From: Octopus vulgaris
Lineage: Eukaryota
Assembly: GCA_951406725.2 (NCBI GenBank)
Contig: OX597825.1
Location: forward strand, 31,186,001 to 31,250,000
Reading direction: 5' to 3'
Length of the DNA: 64,000 nucleotides
Both the position numbers and the translations under genes were made by a program. Under the pieces are notes generated by a model, which worked only from the letters and a program-made list of their open reading frames with translations, was not told where the DNA came from and did no database searches. This document shows, piece by piece, positions 49,896-62,880 of this stretch; position 1 is the stretch's first letter, and each line of letters begins with the position of its first letter.

Positions 49896-50369
49896 ATTAG
49901 TTATTGTTAGTGGTGATGAACAGTCAGTAGGAATTTAAGTTTTGTCTAGCCTGGTGGCTAGTTGTCAGTTACAAATTAAGTGCAACAACTTTGAATGCTG
50001 GCAACATTTATGGTTCATTTGCCTATTTTTATTTAAGACTTTTCAATCAATATTATAAAGCGTATAAAAGTAACCCTTTCTGTAATGGCTGACACTAATA
50101 AAAGAAAAGGAAATGCTGCCGAAAGTATTTTATTTGATGAAAACTGAACAGATACAGGAAGGCATGGCTGCATGGTTAAGAAGTCCTGCTCTATGGAATC
50201 TTGGGCAAATGCCTTCTACAATAGTCTTGGGCTGACCAATGCCATGAATGTAAGATTTGGTAGATGGAAATTGTACAGAAGGCTATTATGCATAGATACA
50301 CACACACACACACACATCAAAACAGGAAATTGGAAAATTTGGGGGCTATTATTTATTCACCATTTCATG

Positions 50370-50678
50370 TTAAGTTAAGTTAAGTTAAGTTAATTTTTTG
50401 GCTCAAAAAGCAAAAAGCAAGGCCATGTAGGGGGACATGGAGTTATGTACAGGGAGGGTGTTCATGCAAAGAGTTCAGGCCATTTCTGGTCAAGAGAGAC
50501 TTTGAACCGAGCGGTCGTCGGCATCTTCACCATCTCGTCCGGCAGCTTATTCCACGGATCCGCAACCAGGACGGAGAAAGCCCCTGTCCTTCGACTGAGA
50601 TGAAATTGTCGCAGATAGAGCTTTACGGAGTGACCCCGCAGCCAACGCTCTGGAGCAGGAGTGAAGAACAGCTCTTTC
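50370..50678 (-). mobile_element. CR1-clade LINE 3' end
   Basis: LRGHSVKL...AFSVLVADPWNKLP...FKVSLD ORF2 end; (TAACT)n tail. Confidence 0.88.
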
Positions 50679-50899
50679 AAGAGGTTTTTGCTAATAGAAG
50701 TTACAAAATTGAACATGTAGTAGAAAAGCCAATAGATAATTCCTATTAGAAATTCTTCTAACAGAGAATTGAATAATACCAGAAAGTTTTCCAATTTACT
50801 GTTTTGATGTTATTACTCTGCAAAACAAATTTTTTCCAGGATTTTAAACCCTCATGCATACCTCACACAAATAAAACATCTGCACATCGATTTGGAATA

Positions 50900-51300
50900 G
50901 CGAAATAAGCAGATGTGCTTCAAGAGGACACAACTTGGATTTCAACCACTCTATATATGTGTATAGACTATATGTATATAACAAAAAATCCAAGCTTCAG
51001 AATTTTTGCCCTCTACCAATTCAGGGACGGTACAACCTGTAGCCAAAGAATTAGTAAAGAGACTCTCTTATTTACAAAATACAGACCCCTTTTGAATGTA
51101 TCTACAACAAACAACATTTCCAACATAGCCTTAGAATAGCACAAACACACACGCAAATATTAAAAATGATACATTGAAGAGATACACAAGAATTCATTAA
51201 AAAACAGTCTCAATCACTGCTATAATCCACAATGAGCCACTTTTAGGTCACTTGACCATTTAACATCCTACTACTATCATACCACCTGCATCCTTGGTTA
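50900..51300 (+). pseudogene. Penelope-like element fragment: GIY-YIG endonuclease C-terminus and downstream region
   Basis: PSFRIFALYQF...QRISKETLLFTKYRPLLN fits the R-x3-E...P-x-LN ending of PLE GIY-YIG domains; 24-nt identity to the hammerhead element at 2038. Confidence 0.6.
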
Positions 51301-51469
51301 CAGACGGTATTCTCTCCCTGGTAAAATTACAACACCAACCACCACTGCCACCCAAGAAGAAAAAAATTATCATAATAAATAAACAAAAACTTGTTTCCTT
51401 AATTTAGAAATAGTGAACCATCAACCAAATTCTAAAACCTTAAACCATTCTGATACCATTCTTCTAAAT

Positions 51470-51655
51470 ACTGCTTTGTTTGATACAAACTTCTTGTTTT
51501 AATGTGAATTAAATTAAAACCTTCCATCAAAACTTCAGGTTAATTTATTTTCCAAACCTCAGTTTAATGATGGGATTATTTTATTCAATTCTTATTTTCA
51601 GAATTAATTGAAAAAAATGGCAGATGCATTTCAAGAGAAATTTAATAACAAATCG
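51470..51655. mobile_element. MITE family A, diverged
   Basis: TGATACAAACTTCTTG...AAATTAAAACCTTCCATCAAA...CATTTCAAGAGAAAT. Confidence 0.6.
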
Positions 51656-51858
51656 CTAATAGCGTGTTGTTATATTCATCAACAAGATATGGGGATACAT
51701 TTTCTGAGGAAGAACAACACAATGAAAGCCATATTAACAAAATGTACAACTTCATCAAAAACAGGAGATTGACAAAACAGAGATTTTTTTTTTTTTAATT
51801 TGTATAATTGTGAGGGTGACTAGCTATAAAAAGAGTGCATGCTCAAACACTCCTATGA

Positions 51859-52153
51859 TCTATTATATAAAATCCATTCTGTCTGTCTGTGTGTGTCTTC
51901 TAGGATCTCGGGCATCCCCCATCCGATTACGCTCAAATTTGATATGTAGATACCGACGGTATCAGGGTGTGTATAAGTCTTGAAAAAATTACAAAAATCG
52001 ATTCCAGGTGAGAATGCGATTGACAAACTGAACAAAATAGTTTTTCTTTGGAACAGAAAAAAAGTCTATTTTTATTTCTTTTTTTGCTGGTGTCTCAAAT
52101 TTAGGTTAAATCAGTGTTTCACAAAGGGGAGGCCTATGGGACGGTCAGACAAG
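51859..52153 (+). mobile_element. Non-autonomous Helitron-like element (3' end uncertain, may reach about 52259)
   Basis: A|TCTATTATATAAAA...(CTGT)n...CCGATTACGCTCAAATTTG 5' structure. Confidence 0.65.
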
Positions 52154-52259
52154 TTGTTTTGAGAAAATTTGGTTTAAATATTTGACAACACAGCACCGTT
52201 CATTGGACGGTGGGGGGCGTTTTGCTCGTTTGAAAATAAAGTGAAACTTTCTGTGGATA

Positions 52260-52491
52260 TTAACCCTGTAGCATTTAAACTGACCACATCCGGCCCAAAT
52301 ATTCTACTTGATTTATGTCCAAACTAATCATATCCAGCCTCTCACACCTACCCTACAATGTCATACTAAAATTAAGCAATCAATCACATCATCAAAATCT
52401 CAAAGTTATGAGATTATGCATGATTAATTCAAAACAATGTGAATAAATATGCTGTTCATTTGACAAAATAATCAGAATGATAAAGGATTAA
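52260..52491 (+). mobile_element. piggyBac-type MITE family B
   Basis: TTAACCCTGTAGCATTTAAA ... TAAAGGATTAA. Confidence 0.85.
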
Positions 52492-53304
52492 AGAGATTTC
52501 TATTATGAATCCCACCAAAAATAGGTGGGATTCGGTATTTTGGCCAATGTTACTTGCCATTTCAATGATCTAAGTTTGAAATTATAAGGGCTGAAACAGC
52601 TTATTACCTCTCTTTTTACCAATATTAGGAGTTTGGGATCAATGCTGCAATTGTTCCTAACTCATCAGCATGGAACATTTTCAAACACAGGAACTAGAAT
52701 CAATGGTTTCTGTATGGGAAAATGTGCCATGAATATTTCAGAATATTTCAGTCTTTTGGACAAATTTCAAAAGAGATTTTGAAATTGATAAAATCATGAG
52801 CTCAATCTATGAATATGCAAAACTCCTTTTGATGTGATGCCAAATGAGGATCCAAATTCCTTGCAACTCAATTGGATAAAACATTGTTATCCAAACATAT
52901 TAGTTTATCTGTTTTGGAATTTTATAGATGCCATTATAGATGATGAATAATATTCATTTTTAAAGAATCATGCACTGAAATTTCTGTCACTGCTTTCTAC
53001 GATATACCAATGTGAAATTTATCCAAGGAATCTCTTGCATGCTAAATGTACAAATAGTAATCTGGTGAACCAGCTTAGAATCTTTGCATCATTGATCTTG
53101 CCTGACATCTCTGAGATTTTTTAAAGCAAAATAGAACCCACCTGTTCATTAAGATGCAAGGTAACAAGTGTCATTGAGTTTAAAACATTATTCTTTGTGC
53201 TGCGTTTGGTGCTTTAGAATTTAGAACATTAAACCTACTGTTAATTAATATATTGTAACATTTCAATTAATATTGCTGTATATGATTGCTGCATACATGC
53301 ATAC

Positions 53305-53708
53305 TCTCTACTCTTTTACTCTTTGAATTGTTTCAGTTATTTGACTGTGGCCATGCTGGAGCACCACCTTCAGTCGAGCAAATCGATCCCAGGACTTATT
53401 CTTTGTAAGCCGAGTGCCTATTCTATCATTCTCTTTTGCTGAACTGCTACGTTACAGGGACGTAAACACACCAGCATCAGTTGTCAAGCAATGTTGAGGA
53501 GACAAACACAGACACACATACATATATATTTACACACATATATACAACGGGCTTCTTTCAGTTTCCGTCTACCAAATCCACTCACAAGGCTTTGGTCAGC
53601 CCGAGGCTATAGCAGAAGACACTTGCCCAAGGTGTTACACAATAGGACTGAACCTGGAACCATGTGGTTCGTAAGCAAGCTACTTACCACACAGTCACTC
53701 CTATGCCT
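53305..53708 (-). mobile_element. SINE family A, full length
   Basis: Reverse complement of the 38308 copy. Confidence 0.9.
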
Positions 53709-54424
53709 ACCTAGAAATTTGAAAAAAAATTACAGAATGATTCTTTTTTTTGGATTAGTGGATCATGAAGCAGCTAAAGCTATAAATGATAGCATCTAAA
53801 TATTGGGTTACATAAAGCCCTTGGCTAGAAAAATTCAAAGGTTGCCCATGGGACTTGAACACACATCTCCTGTAAATATGACAGGCTTTCAGACCTTATA
53901 GGCAGACTTCAACTTTTTCTATTGAAGAATTTTTTTTTTTGTAAACCAATATTTGCATGTCATTATTTATAATTTTAACTACTTCAACACTTACCATTCC
54001 AAAAAAAATTATTATTTCACTTTCTCTTAAAGTCTATAAAATCTTACAAAGAATGGTTATTTTTCTCAGCACAGGTTTACCCATGCTCTGGTAGTTACAC
54101 CAGCCTTGCTCAAGATGTATATGTAAAGGCAAAATTGAAATTGGTAAATTTGAATAGAGATGGTAAAGGAGCATAATTAAATTCTGAAAGACTTATCAAA
54201 TGCTTAATGAATATCCCAGAAGAATAAAATACAAATACGATTGTATCAGAATATGAATTCAGAACATATGATGATGATGATGATCATGATCATGATGATC
54301 ATGATGGTTGTGGTGGTGATGATGATGGTGGTGGTGGTGGTGATGAGGATGATGATGATGATGATGATGATGATGTTGATCATGATGATGGTCATGATGA
54401 TAATGGCAACAATATCAATAATAA

Positions 54425-54615
54425 TGATTTCATATTTTGGCACGAGGCCAGCAATTCCATTAACCCCAGTGTTCAACTGGTACTTATTTTATCAGCCCCC
54501 AAAAGGATGAAAGGCAAAGTTGACGAGTGCAATTTGAATTCCAATCATAACGACAGACAAAATGCCATTAAGCATTTTATCCAGGGCAATAACGACTCTA
54601 CCAGCTCACCATCTT
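54425..54615 (-). mobile_element. SINE B, diverged
   Basis: AACTGGTACTTATTTTATC...AAAGGATGAAAGGCAAAGTTGAC. Confidence 0.75.
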
Positions 54616-54691
54616 AACAACAACAACAACAACAACAACAACATGGACAAAACCTCAATTGGCAAAGCTAGACAGACGAACTAGAAAGGAA

Positions 54692-55247
54692 TTCAATATG
54701 CCTCCATTCATCTTCCCACATGGTCTCAGACTCAACACAGAAGCCTACATCAAGTGCCTGGAGAAGGTAGTGCTGCCCTGGCTCAAGAGGGTGGCTGCTG
54801 GAATATCCTATGTCTGGCAACATCACTCTGCACCATGCCACACAATCAAGAGAACCCAATCATGGCTGTCAGACAATTTATGCAACTACATCACCCCTAA
54901 CACCTGGCCACCTAACTCCCAGACTACAACCCCCTTGATTATTATGTGTGAAGTGCAGTCGAACGAGAGACCAACAAAACTCTTTGTAACACCAAAGATT
55001 GACTGAAGACAAGGATTATGACAGCATTCACCGACTTAACAAGGAGATCATTCAGAAGAGTTGAGGGAGATTCTGAAGTCATCTGGAGGCCATGGTTAAA
55101 ACCAACAGCGATTTTATTGAATAAATTTACTCTTTAGCATTTCAAGATATTCTTTTATGTAATTTTGGTAAATATATCTGTTAAAATGAGATGACAGTGT
55201 TATTTTCATTTTTGCGTAATTTAGACAACAGTTTATTCACCACACCC

Positions 55248-55249
<2 letters not shown>
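54692..55249 (+). mobile_element. maT/DD37D transposon, 3' half
   Basis: MPPFIFPHGLRLNTEAYIKCLE...SAPCH...WPPNS; right TIR ACAGTTTATTCACCACACCCTG; closely similar to 46410-47211. Confidence 0.85.
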
Positions 55250-55315
<66 letters not shown>

Positions 55316-55667
55316 GACAGACAGACAGATAGATAATGAGCTTTCATCGTTTCCCCTCTACCAAATTCACTCAGAGGGCATTAGTCAGCCTGGGGCTAGA
55401 GTAGAAGGCACTTGTCCAAGGTGGCGCACAGTGAGACTGAACCTGCAACCATTTGGTTACAAAGTGAACTTCTAAGTCAAGTATCCATGTCTGTACTATA
55501 TTAATTACTTCTAAATCAGGTGCAAGTCTAGCAATTTTGGAGTGGGAGATGGTGGGGAGAGCAGTCGATTGTATCAACTTCAGTACATAACTGGTACTTT
55601 ATTTTATCAACTCCAGATGGGTGAAAGACAAAGTTTACACGGTGGAATTTAAACTTACAATGTAAAA

Positions 55668-55829
55668 GGCATGTGTGGTAAGTAGCTTGCTTACCAACCA
55701 CATGGTTCTGGGTTCAGTCCCACTGCAAGGGACCTTGGGCAAGTGTTTTCTACTATAGCCTCGGGCTGACCAAGGCCTTGTGAGTGAATTTGGTAGACGG
55801 AAACTGAAAGAAGCCCGTCGTATATATGG

Positions 55830-55864
<35 letters not shown>

Positions 55865-56080
55865 TGTGTCTGTGTTTGTCCCCCCAACGTCCATTGACAA
55901 CCAATGCTGGTGTGTTTACGTCCCCATAATTTAGCAGTTCGGCAAATGACACCGATAGAATAAGTACTAGCCTTACAAAGAATAAGTTCTGGGGGCGATT
56001 TGCTTGACTAAAGGCGGTGCTCCAGCATGGCTGCAGTCAAATGACTGAAACAAGTAAAAGAGTAAAAAGAGAGAGTAAAG
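55668..56080 (+). mobile_element. SINE family A
   Basis: Same head, core and tail as 38308; preceded by SINE A and SINE B fragments at 55335-55665. Confidence 0.9.
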
Positions 56081-57019
56081 CAGTTTGTCCAATGCCCTTT
56101 TCTGTGAGAACTGACACCAGTATTTTGGTTTGTTGCTTTATTTATTGATTGCAGAAGAACGAAAAGCTACAGTGGCCTTGGCAGGAGTTGATCTCAGAGT
56201 AGAGTAAACCATAACAAATTATCACAAGGTATTCTCTACCAAAAATGAATTCTAAATTAGGATACAATGGGTATAAATTCTGATTGAACAATGTAGTCAA
56301 TTTAATCAACCCCACTACTTAATTAACATGTATTTTATTGACCCCCAGGACCTCAAGACAAATGATATTAGGGATGCAGCTAAATAGCAGAATGCATTTT
56401 GTCTGGTGTACTACCAGCTCTGACATCTAAAATGTCTTCAGGAGTTTAAAATGAAGTTAAGTGCATCCACTTGATTATTGTACTAAAATGATTTATTACT
56501 TGAAATATCATAAAATCTATCTAAGAAATTCCACTGTATTTTCCATCTTTTCTTCTGTCTTGTTGACAGTAATGCTGCTTGTCAGATGTCACCAGGAGAA
56601 ATTATGAGCATAGATAAGTATAACAGACAACTTGTCAGATATACAGAATTGAAATGACTAAGTGGATATATTTATGAATTACCAGCTCATAATGTTTTGG
56701 GTTTAAATCTATTGCAAGTATTCTGTCTTGTATTTAGCCAGTACACTTAAATCTATACACTTCAGTTCACATTAACTATCAGGAACAAATACCAGACCTT
56801 ATGAGAAAAGTTACACGAGATCTTATCCTCGGGCAAACCAATTTCTCATCTGATTAATGCAATGAACTCAGAACTAAGATCTAGATATCAAAAGATATCT
56901 ATATTGGGATTTTTTTTTCTGGTACAATGGAGCTGGAAGCACATAGAGTTATAAATAATGGCAAGTATGTATTGGCTTGCAAAACCCTTTTTGGACAGGA
57001 AAAGTAGAAGGCTGCCCAA

Positions 57020-57722
57020 CTCGGTGACTCGAAATCAAACTCAGTGACTGGTATCCGTTGCTAGTGGAGCGTTAAGAGTACCATACGAGTGAGATCGTTG
57101 CTGGCCTTTGTGCCGTTGGCATGTTAAAAACACCATTCAAGCGTGATTGTTACTTGCATCGCCTTACTAGCACTTGTGCTGGTGGCATGTGAAAAAAACA
57201 TTCGAGCGAGATCCTTGCCAGTGCCGCTGGACTGGCTCCTGTGCAGGTGGTACATAAAAGGCACCATTTGAGCATGGCCGTTACCAGTACCACCTAAGTG
57301 GCCCTCGTGCCAGTGGCACGTAAAACCACCCACTATACTCTTGGAGTGGTTGGCGTTAGGAAGGGCATCCAGCTGTAGAAACTCTGCCAGATCAAATTGG
57401 ATGATGATGATGATGTTTCCTGTATTTTTTAAAGGACTGTTGTCAGATTAATGAATATTTTCAATGCTAAGATTAATTAAACTGATTATTAGTGCAGGAA
57501 GCAGGTACAGGTGTCATGCAATTGGCACCCATGCTGGTGGCACATAAAAGTACCCACTACACTCATGGAGAGGTTGGCACTAGGAAGGGCATCAAGCAGT
57601 GGAAACCATGCCAAATCAGACTGGACTCTGGTGCAGCCTCCCAGCTTACCAGCCCTGGTTAAACTGTCCAACCCATGGCAGTATGGACAATGGACGTTAT
57701 ATGATGATGATGATGATGATGA
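57020..57722 (+). mobile_element. Two RTE LINE 3' ends (57020-57415 with five modules; 57495-57722)
   Basis: GGCACGTAAAA modules, TAGGAAGGGCATC and (ATG)n tails. Confidence 0.8.
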
Positions 57723-58040
57723 ATTAATAATGTAAAACAAAAGATGGTTTATACCTGAAGCTAAACAAACAAGGATTGGTATGGCATTATTATTCACCAA
57801 AACACTCCAAACACTAACCCACAGACATACAGTCTCCCCTCTCAGTTTTTTTCTACTGTTACTATAGTGGTCCCACTTCTACAGAGCTCACTGGTCTTCT
57901 ATCTCTTCTATCTCTCATGCCCACCTAACTCATTTACAATTTTCTCCACTCATACACAATGCCTCACACGAACTACTAGGCCCCAGTAATATTCCTTCAA
58001 GAATTCTCCTGACAATAGTCCAAGATCATCAGCCACATTG

Positions 58041-58270
58041 GTCACACAGGTTTTGCAGGGACTATGAATGCCTCAAGAATATTTTTCTCATCTTGCAGGG
58101 TCTATAAAAACAATGGGGACAATATATCACTGACCTTGTTAGGTTGGTGAAGGCCATGGAGACAGGATCTCACAGGTTTTGTAAGACCTATGAAGACCTT
58201 AAAGGCCATATCTTGCTATAATGTCTCACTGGTTTTACAGGGCTTGTGAAAGCTATGCATGAAGTGTCTT
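58041..58270 (+). repeat. Degenerate minisatellite with a period of about 42 bp
   Basis: About 5 units of TCTCACAGGTTTTGCAGGGNCTATGAAG. Confidence 0.65.
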
Positions 58271-58790
58271 CATCCAGATGAAACCATTGAAGAACGTTTA
58301 GAGAATGGTCAATTGAACGAGGGTATAACTACACAACCACAAGAAATGCGAGAAATAGCAGCCAAACTTACACCCAATCACACTCTAGTGTCTTGCAACA
58401 GGAAAGGACACATTAGATAATGTAGTCTAGGGTGCACAATGACTAAAATGTATGTGATTGTCATGAATGGAAGAGCTTAATCACATTGACCACATATCTG
58501 TTCTAACATGATTGATCTGGGTCAAACAATTATAAAAACTGAAACATATTGAAGAAGAGTAATGTCAAGAAAGCATGACCCCTACTTCTTGGTTCAATTG
58601 CAGTAAATACTATATTTAGTCCCCAGATTAGCTCTGACTGATCCAAGGAATTCTACCCATGGCCATCTCATCTTCTTTCAGACATAGTATATCTAGGATA
58701 ACATTCACTAATGCATTCTCTTTCAAGACAGTAAATTATGATTTTGAGAAAGATTTCTAATATGTTGAGAGATCACATGGAGGATTTTTC

Positions 58791-59445
58791 ATTGGCTCAA
58801 GGTTCAGAGGTGTTAAAACTATGAGAGATGAACCTCCTTTTTTAGCTCAAAGTACAGTAATATTAAGTATATGAAATAAGACAGCGAGCTGGCAGAATTC
58901 TTAGCACATTCAGCAAAATATTTAGCAGTATTTCGTCCATCTTTACATTCTGAGTTCAAATTCTGCCAAGGTTGACCTGGCCTTTCATCCTTTCAGGGTC
59001 AATAAAATAAGTACCAGTTGAGCATTGTGGTTGATGCAATCAACTAACCCCTCTCCTCCAAACTTGCTGGCCTTGTGCCAATATTAAGTATATGAGAGAT
59101 AGACCTTCTTCAATGATTCTAGATATATAGCATCACTGAGTCTTGAACCAAGGCTCAATAATGTTGAGAATAAGAGACACACAACTACTTCCTAGACTCA
59201 AGATGCAAGAGTATTAAGTATATGAGAAACGAATCATCTCACTTGACTCATGGTTCAGTAAACGTTAAATATATAAATGATGAACTTTCTTCCTTGGCTC
59301 AATATTCAGTAATATTGATAATATGAGAGATTAATCTTCTTCTTTCATTCAATATTCAGTAGTGTTAAGTATATGAAAGTTGAACCTCCTTCATTCATTC
59401 AAGGTTCAGTAATATTAAATACATGAAATATGGATCTCTCCCTCA
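58791..59445 (+). repeat. Degenerate minisatellite with a period of about 50 bp (8-9 units), interrupted by SINE B
   Basis: Consensus about GGCTCAAGGTTCAGTAATATTAAGTATATGAGAGATGAACCTTCTTCCTT. Confidence 0.8.
58878..59079 (+). mobile_element. SINE B with 16-bp TSD
   Basis: AATATTAAGTATATGA at 58859-58874 and 59080-59095. Confidence 0.88.
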
Positions 59446-60003
59446 ATAGAAAACGAGACAACTTGAGGGAATATTACTCAATAATCTGATATTTATTATT
59501 AACAACATGATCAAACGAGGGAATTAAATTTAATCCTGACAAACATCAAAGAAGCCCTTGAAGCTTAGATTCAGCTTTAGATTTAGCAGATTAAATAAAT
59601 AGATGAAATAAATATCCTTCTGGCAAAGAAATACCATGCCATTACAGTTAACTCCTACAGATCACATTGTACAATTAAGTTGTCTTACTCAATAACACAA
59701 GGTAATACTTGAATCAGGTAAAGGTTCATGAACAAGATAAACATGAAAGAAAGACATCAGTATGATAACCAGGTTAAGGATGATGGATCATCGGAATTAT
59801 TAAAGAGTTATACACAAATACCTGGCAAGAATTACTTGCTTCTTTTCGTAATCTGAGTTAGAATCCTGCAAAGGTCAACTTTGTCATTCATCCTTCAGTG
59901 GTTGATAAAATAAAATACCAGTTATGAACTGTTGCTGATTTAATCAACCTTTCCTTTACTCAAATGTGTGGCCTCATGCCTACGTTAGAAAACGGTATAT
60001 ATA

Positions 60004-60362
60004 GGCACAGATGTGGCTGTATGGTAAGAAGTTTGCTTCCCAACCACATGGTTCCAGGTTCAGTCCCACTCCGAGGCACCTTGGACAAGTGTCTTCTAGT
60101 ATAGCCTCTGGTCAACCAAAACCTTGCAAACGGATTTGGTTGATAGAAACTGAAAGAAGCCCATTGCACATGTGTGTGTGTGTGTGTATCTTTGTGTCTG
60201 TGTTTACCCACTACCGCCACTTGACAGTTGGTGTTGGTGTCTTTACATCCACCAAACTCAGCATTTTGACAAAAGAGATTGATAAAATAAGTACCAGGCT
60301 TTATATAAAAAAAAGGACTAAAATTCTTCGAAGCAATGCTCCAACATGGCCACTGACTAATA
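60004..60362 (+). mobile_element. SINE family A (preceded by diverged SINE B at 59815-59990)
   Basis: GGCACAGATGTGGCTGTATGGTAAG...CACCTTGGACAAGT. Confidence 0.85.
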
Positions 60363-60394
60363 ACACTCTTGATTTTGATACATCTAAGTACAAA

Positions 60395-60935
60395 TGTTGG
60401 TGGTGATGGTGGCACTGGTGGTGGAGGTGTTGGTTGTGGTGGAGGTGGTGGTCGTGAAGGAGATGATGGTGGTGGAAGTTGCGGTGGAGGAGGTGTTGGC
60501 CGCAATGGAGGTGGTGATGGTGGTGGTAGCAGTAGTGGTGGTGGTGGTAGCAGCAGTGGTGGAGGTGGTGGTAGCAGTGGTGGAGGTGGTGGTGATGGTA
60601 GCAGTGGTGGATGTGGTGGTGGAGGTGATGGTGATGGTGGAAGTGGTAATGGTGGCAGTGGTGGTGAGTGGTGGTGGTGGTGGTGGTGGTGGTGGTAACA
60701 GTGGTGGTGATAGCAGCTGTAGTATCAGTAGTAATAGTTGTAGTATTAGTGGTGATGTTGGTAGTATTTGTGGCTGCAACATTAAAGGTGGTAGTGTTGT
60801 TAGTGGTGAGAGGAGCTGAAGTTGCAGCACTGGTAATGATGATGATGATGATATTGTTTGTGGCAGTATAGGCAACAGTTTGGGCTAAAACAATAGTGGT
60901 GAAGATGGTGGTGGTGGTGTGTGGTGGTGGTGGTA
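60395..60935. repeat. (GGT)n-rich low-complexity tract
   Basis: Directly visible; source of the poly-G, poly-P, poly-T and poly-V ORFs. Confidence 0.92.
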
Positions 60936-61560
60936 GTTATGGTTGGAGCATTAGGAATGGCACTGCTTAGCCCCCAGTACAGCTCTGATCAAACAGGCCA
61001 ATGATCAGAGACATTCCAATGGCGACCACACCATAATTATTTTCAGGTTATGCTCATCCAGGATCACATTATGCTGATGTGTTTTTACCATATAAATAAT
61101 AGGGAAATATGTGATACAAGAGGGATTTGGCTGCTATTTCTTCCAGATCAAGCAACCACAAGGAAACTCCCTTATTATACAGGTATTGATGGTGATGATA
61201 CTGATAGTTGTGATGTTGCTGTTAAGGTCCAAAATCCCTAACCTTAATCAATTACAAAATTGACACCAGAAAGGACACCGTCTTCTTGTAGGGATACAAC
61301 AAACAAATACTCAGGCAGTGGTTTATTATTTACTACCCTCAACCTACATTATACCCAGAAAAACATTCAGCAACTTTGCAGTGCTGCCACTGTTTACAAC
61401 AATGAACTTAAACATACCACCCAACAAATGGTGTTACGTATTTAGATCTATGTCTGTGGAGATATTGATCCCTTTTTACATCACCTTGACCAACACCATC
61501 TAATTTTCGATGAAGCAAAATTTCCGATTTGATGTGTTTGCATCAAAATTTAAAACAACC

Positions 61561-61868
61561 GCCAGGAGTGGCTGTGTGGTAAGTAGCTTGCTTACTAGCC
61601 ACATGGTTCTGGGTTCAGTCCCACTGCGTGGCACCTTGGGCAAGTATCTTCTACTATAGCCTTGGGCCAACCAAAGCCTTGTGAGTGGATTTGGTAGATG
61701 GAAAATGAAAGAAGCCCGTCATATATATGTGTGTGTGTTTGTTCCCCCAACATCATTTGACAACCGTTGCTGGTGTGTTTACGTCCCTGTAACTTAGTGG
61801 TTTGTCAAAAGGGACTGATAAAATAAGTACTAGGCTAACAAACATTAACTGAAACAAGTTAAAGAACA
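61561..61868 (+). mobile_element. SINE family A
   Basis: CAGGAGTGGCTGTGTGGTAAG...CACCTTGGGCAAGT. Confidence 0.9.
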
Positions 61869-61924
61869 AAAAAGAATTTTATGTAAGAATTTTTTGTTAC
61901 GCTATGTTCCAAATATCATATTAA

Positions 61925-62138
61925 TAATCCTTTCTACTATAGGCACAAGGCTTGAAATTCAGAGGAGGGGTCTAGTCGATTATATTGACCCCAGTGTTCA
62001 ACTGGTACTTTATTTATCGAGCCTGAAAGGATGAAAGGCAAACTCGACCTCAGCAGAATTTGAACTCAGAATGTAAGGACAAAATGCTGCTAAACATTTT
62101 GTCTGGAGTGCTTACAATTCTGCCAGCTTGTTGCCTTC
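61925..62138 (-). mobile_element. SINE B
   Basis: AACTGGTACTT...AAAGGATGAAAGGCAAACTCGACC...TTCTGCCAGCTTGTTGCCTT. Confidence 0.8.
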
Positions 62139-62177
62139 AGATATTGTAAGAGATATCTGAATGAGATAATAAGGAGA

Positions 62178-62622
62178 TGCAGGTATAGCTTTGTGGTTGA
62201 GAAGCTTGCTTGCAAGACAAGTGGATTCAGGTTCAATCCTATAGCGCAGCACCAACGGCGAGGATTTTCTACTATAATCCAGGGCTGAAAATAACCTAGC
62301 TGGTGAATTTGGTAAATGGAAACTAAAAGAAGCCTGTCATATAAACATGTGTGTGTGTGTGTTTGTACACTTGTCTTGACGTAACGGATGGTTGTAAGTG
62401 ATCATCACTGTCATACAGGCGGTGTTGTTTATTTCAACCTTCTGTGAAAATTATGTCTGGCCATGGTGAAATATCATCCTGTGTGGAATCAGGTGAAGGT
62501 TGATGACATAGAAGGGCATCCAGCCAATAGAAAATCTACCTCAGCAAATCTGTTTGACCCAAGCAAGCACAGAAAAGTGGACATTGAAACAATGGTGATG
62601 ATGATGATAATCATGATGATGA
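62178..62622 (+). mobile_element. SINE with family-A head and RTE-type 3' tail
   Basis: SINE A head and core, then GAAGGGCATCCAGCCAATAGAAA...GAAAAGTGGACATT and (ATG)n. Confidence 0.7.
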
Positions 62623-62880
62623 ATTACAAAGTTAACTGTTTTACAAAATCCCTCAAAATTGTTAGTGATTTTTTAAAAATTTAATTAAGAAATACATGGC
62701 CAGCATTTTTTTTTTTTTTTGGAGGCAGGTGAGTCATGAAATAATTGACCACAAAATGGTTGAGTAGGTTCCAGAGAAACTAATGAAGGTCAGTATTCAT
62801 AATTAATGGTTATAAACAGTTCAATATTGGAATAAACTGGTTTACTGGAAAGAAGAGGAAAACTCTAATGTTTTAAGGAG

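Larger units (their letters stand above)
51660..53155 (+). pseudogene. Fossil hAT (Charlie/SPIN/GTF2IRD2-like) transposase interrupted by two insertions
   Basis: CYIHQQ (CxxH)...KMYNFIKNRRL; ILANVTCHFNDLSLKL*G; TPFDV; LKNHALKFLSLLSTIYQCE; NLVNQLRI...PDI. Motifs occur in the expected order. Confidence 0.8.
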
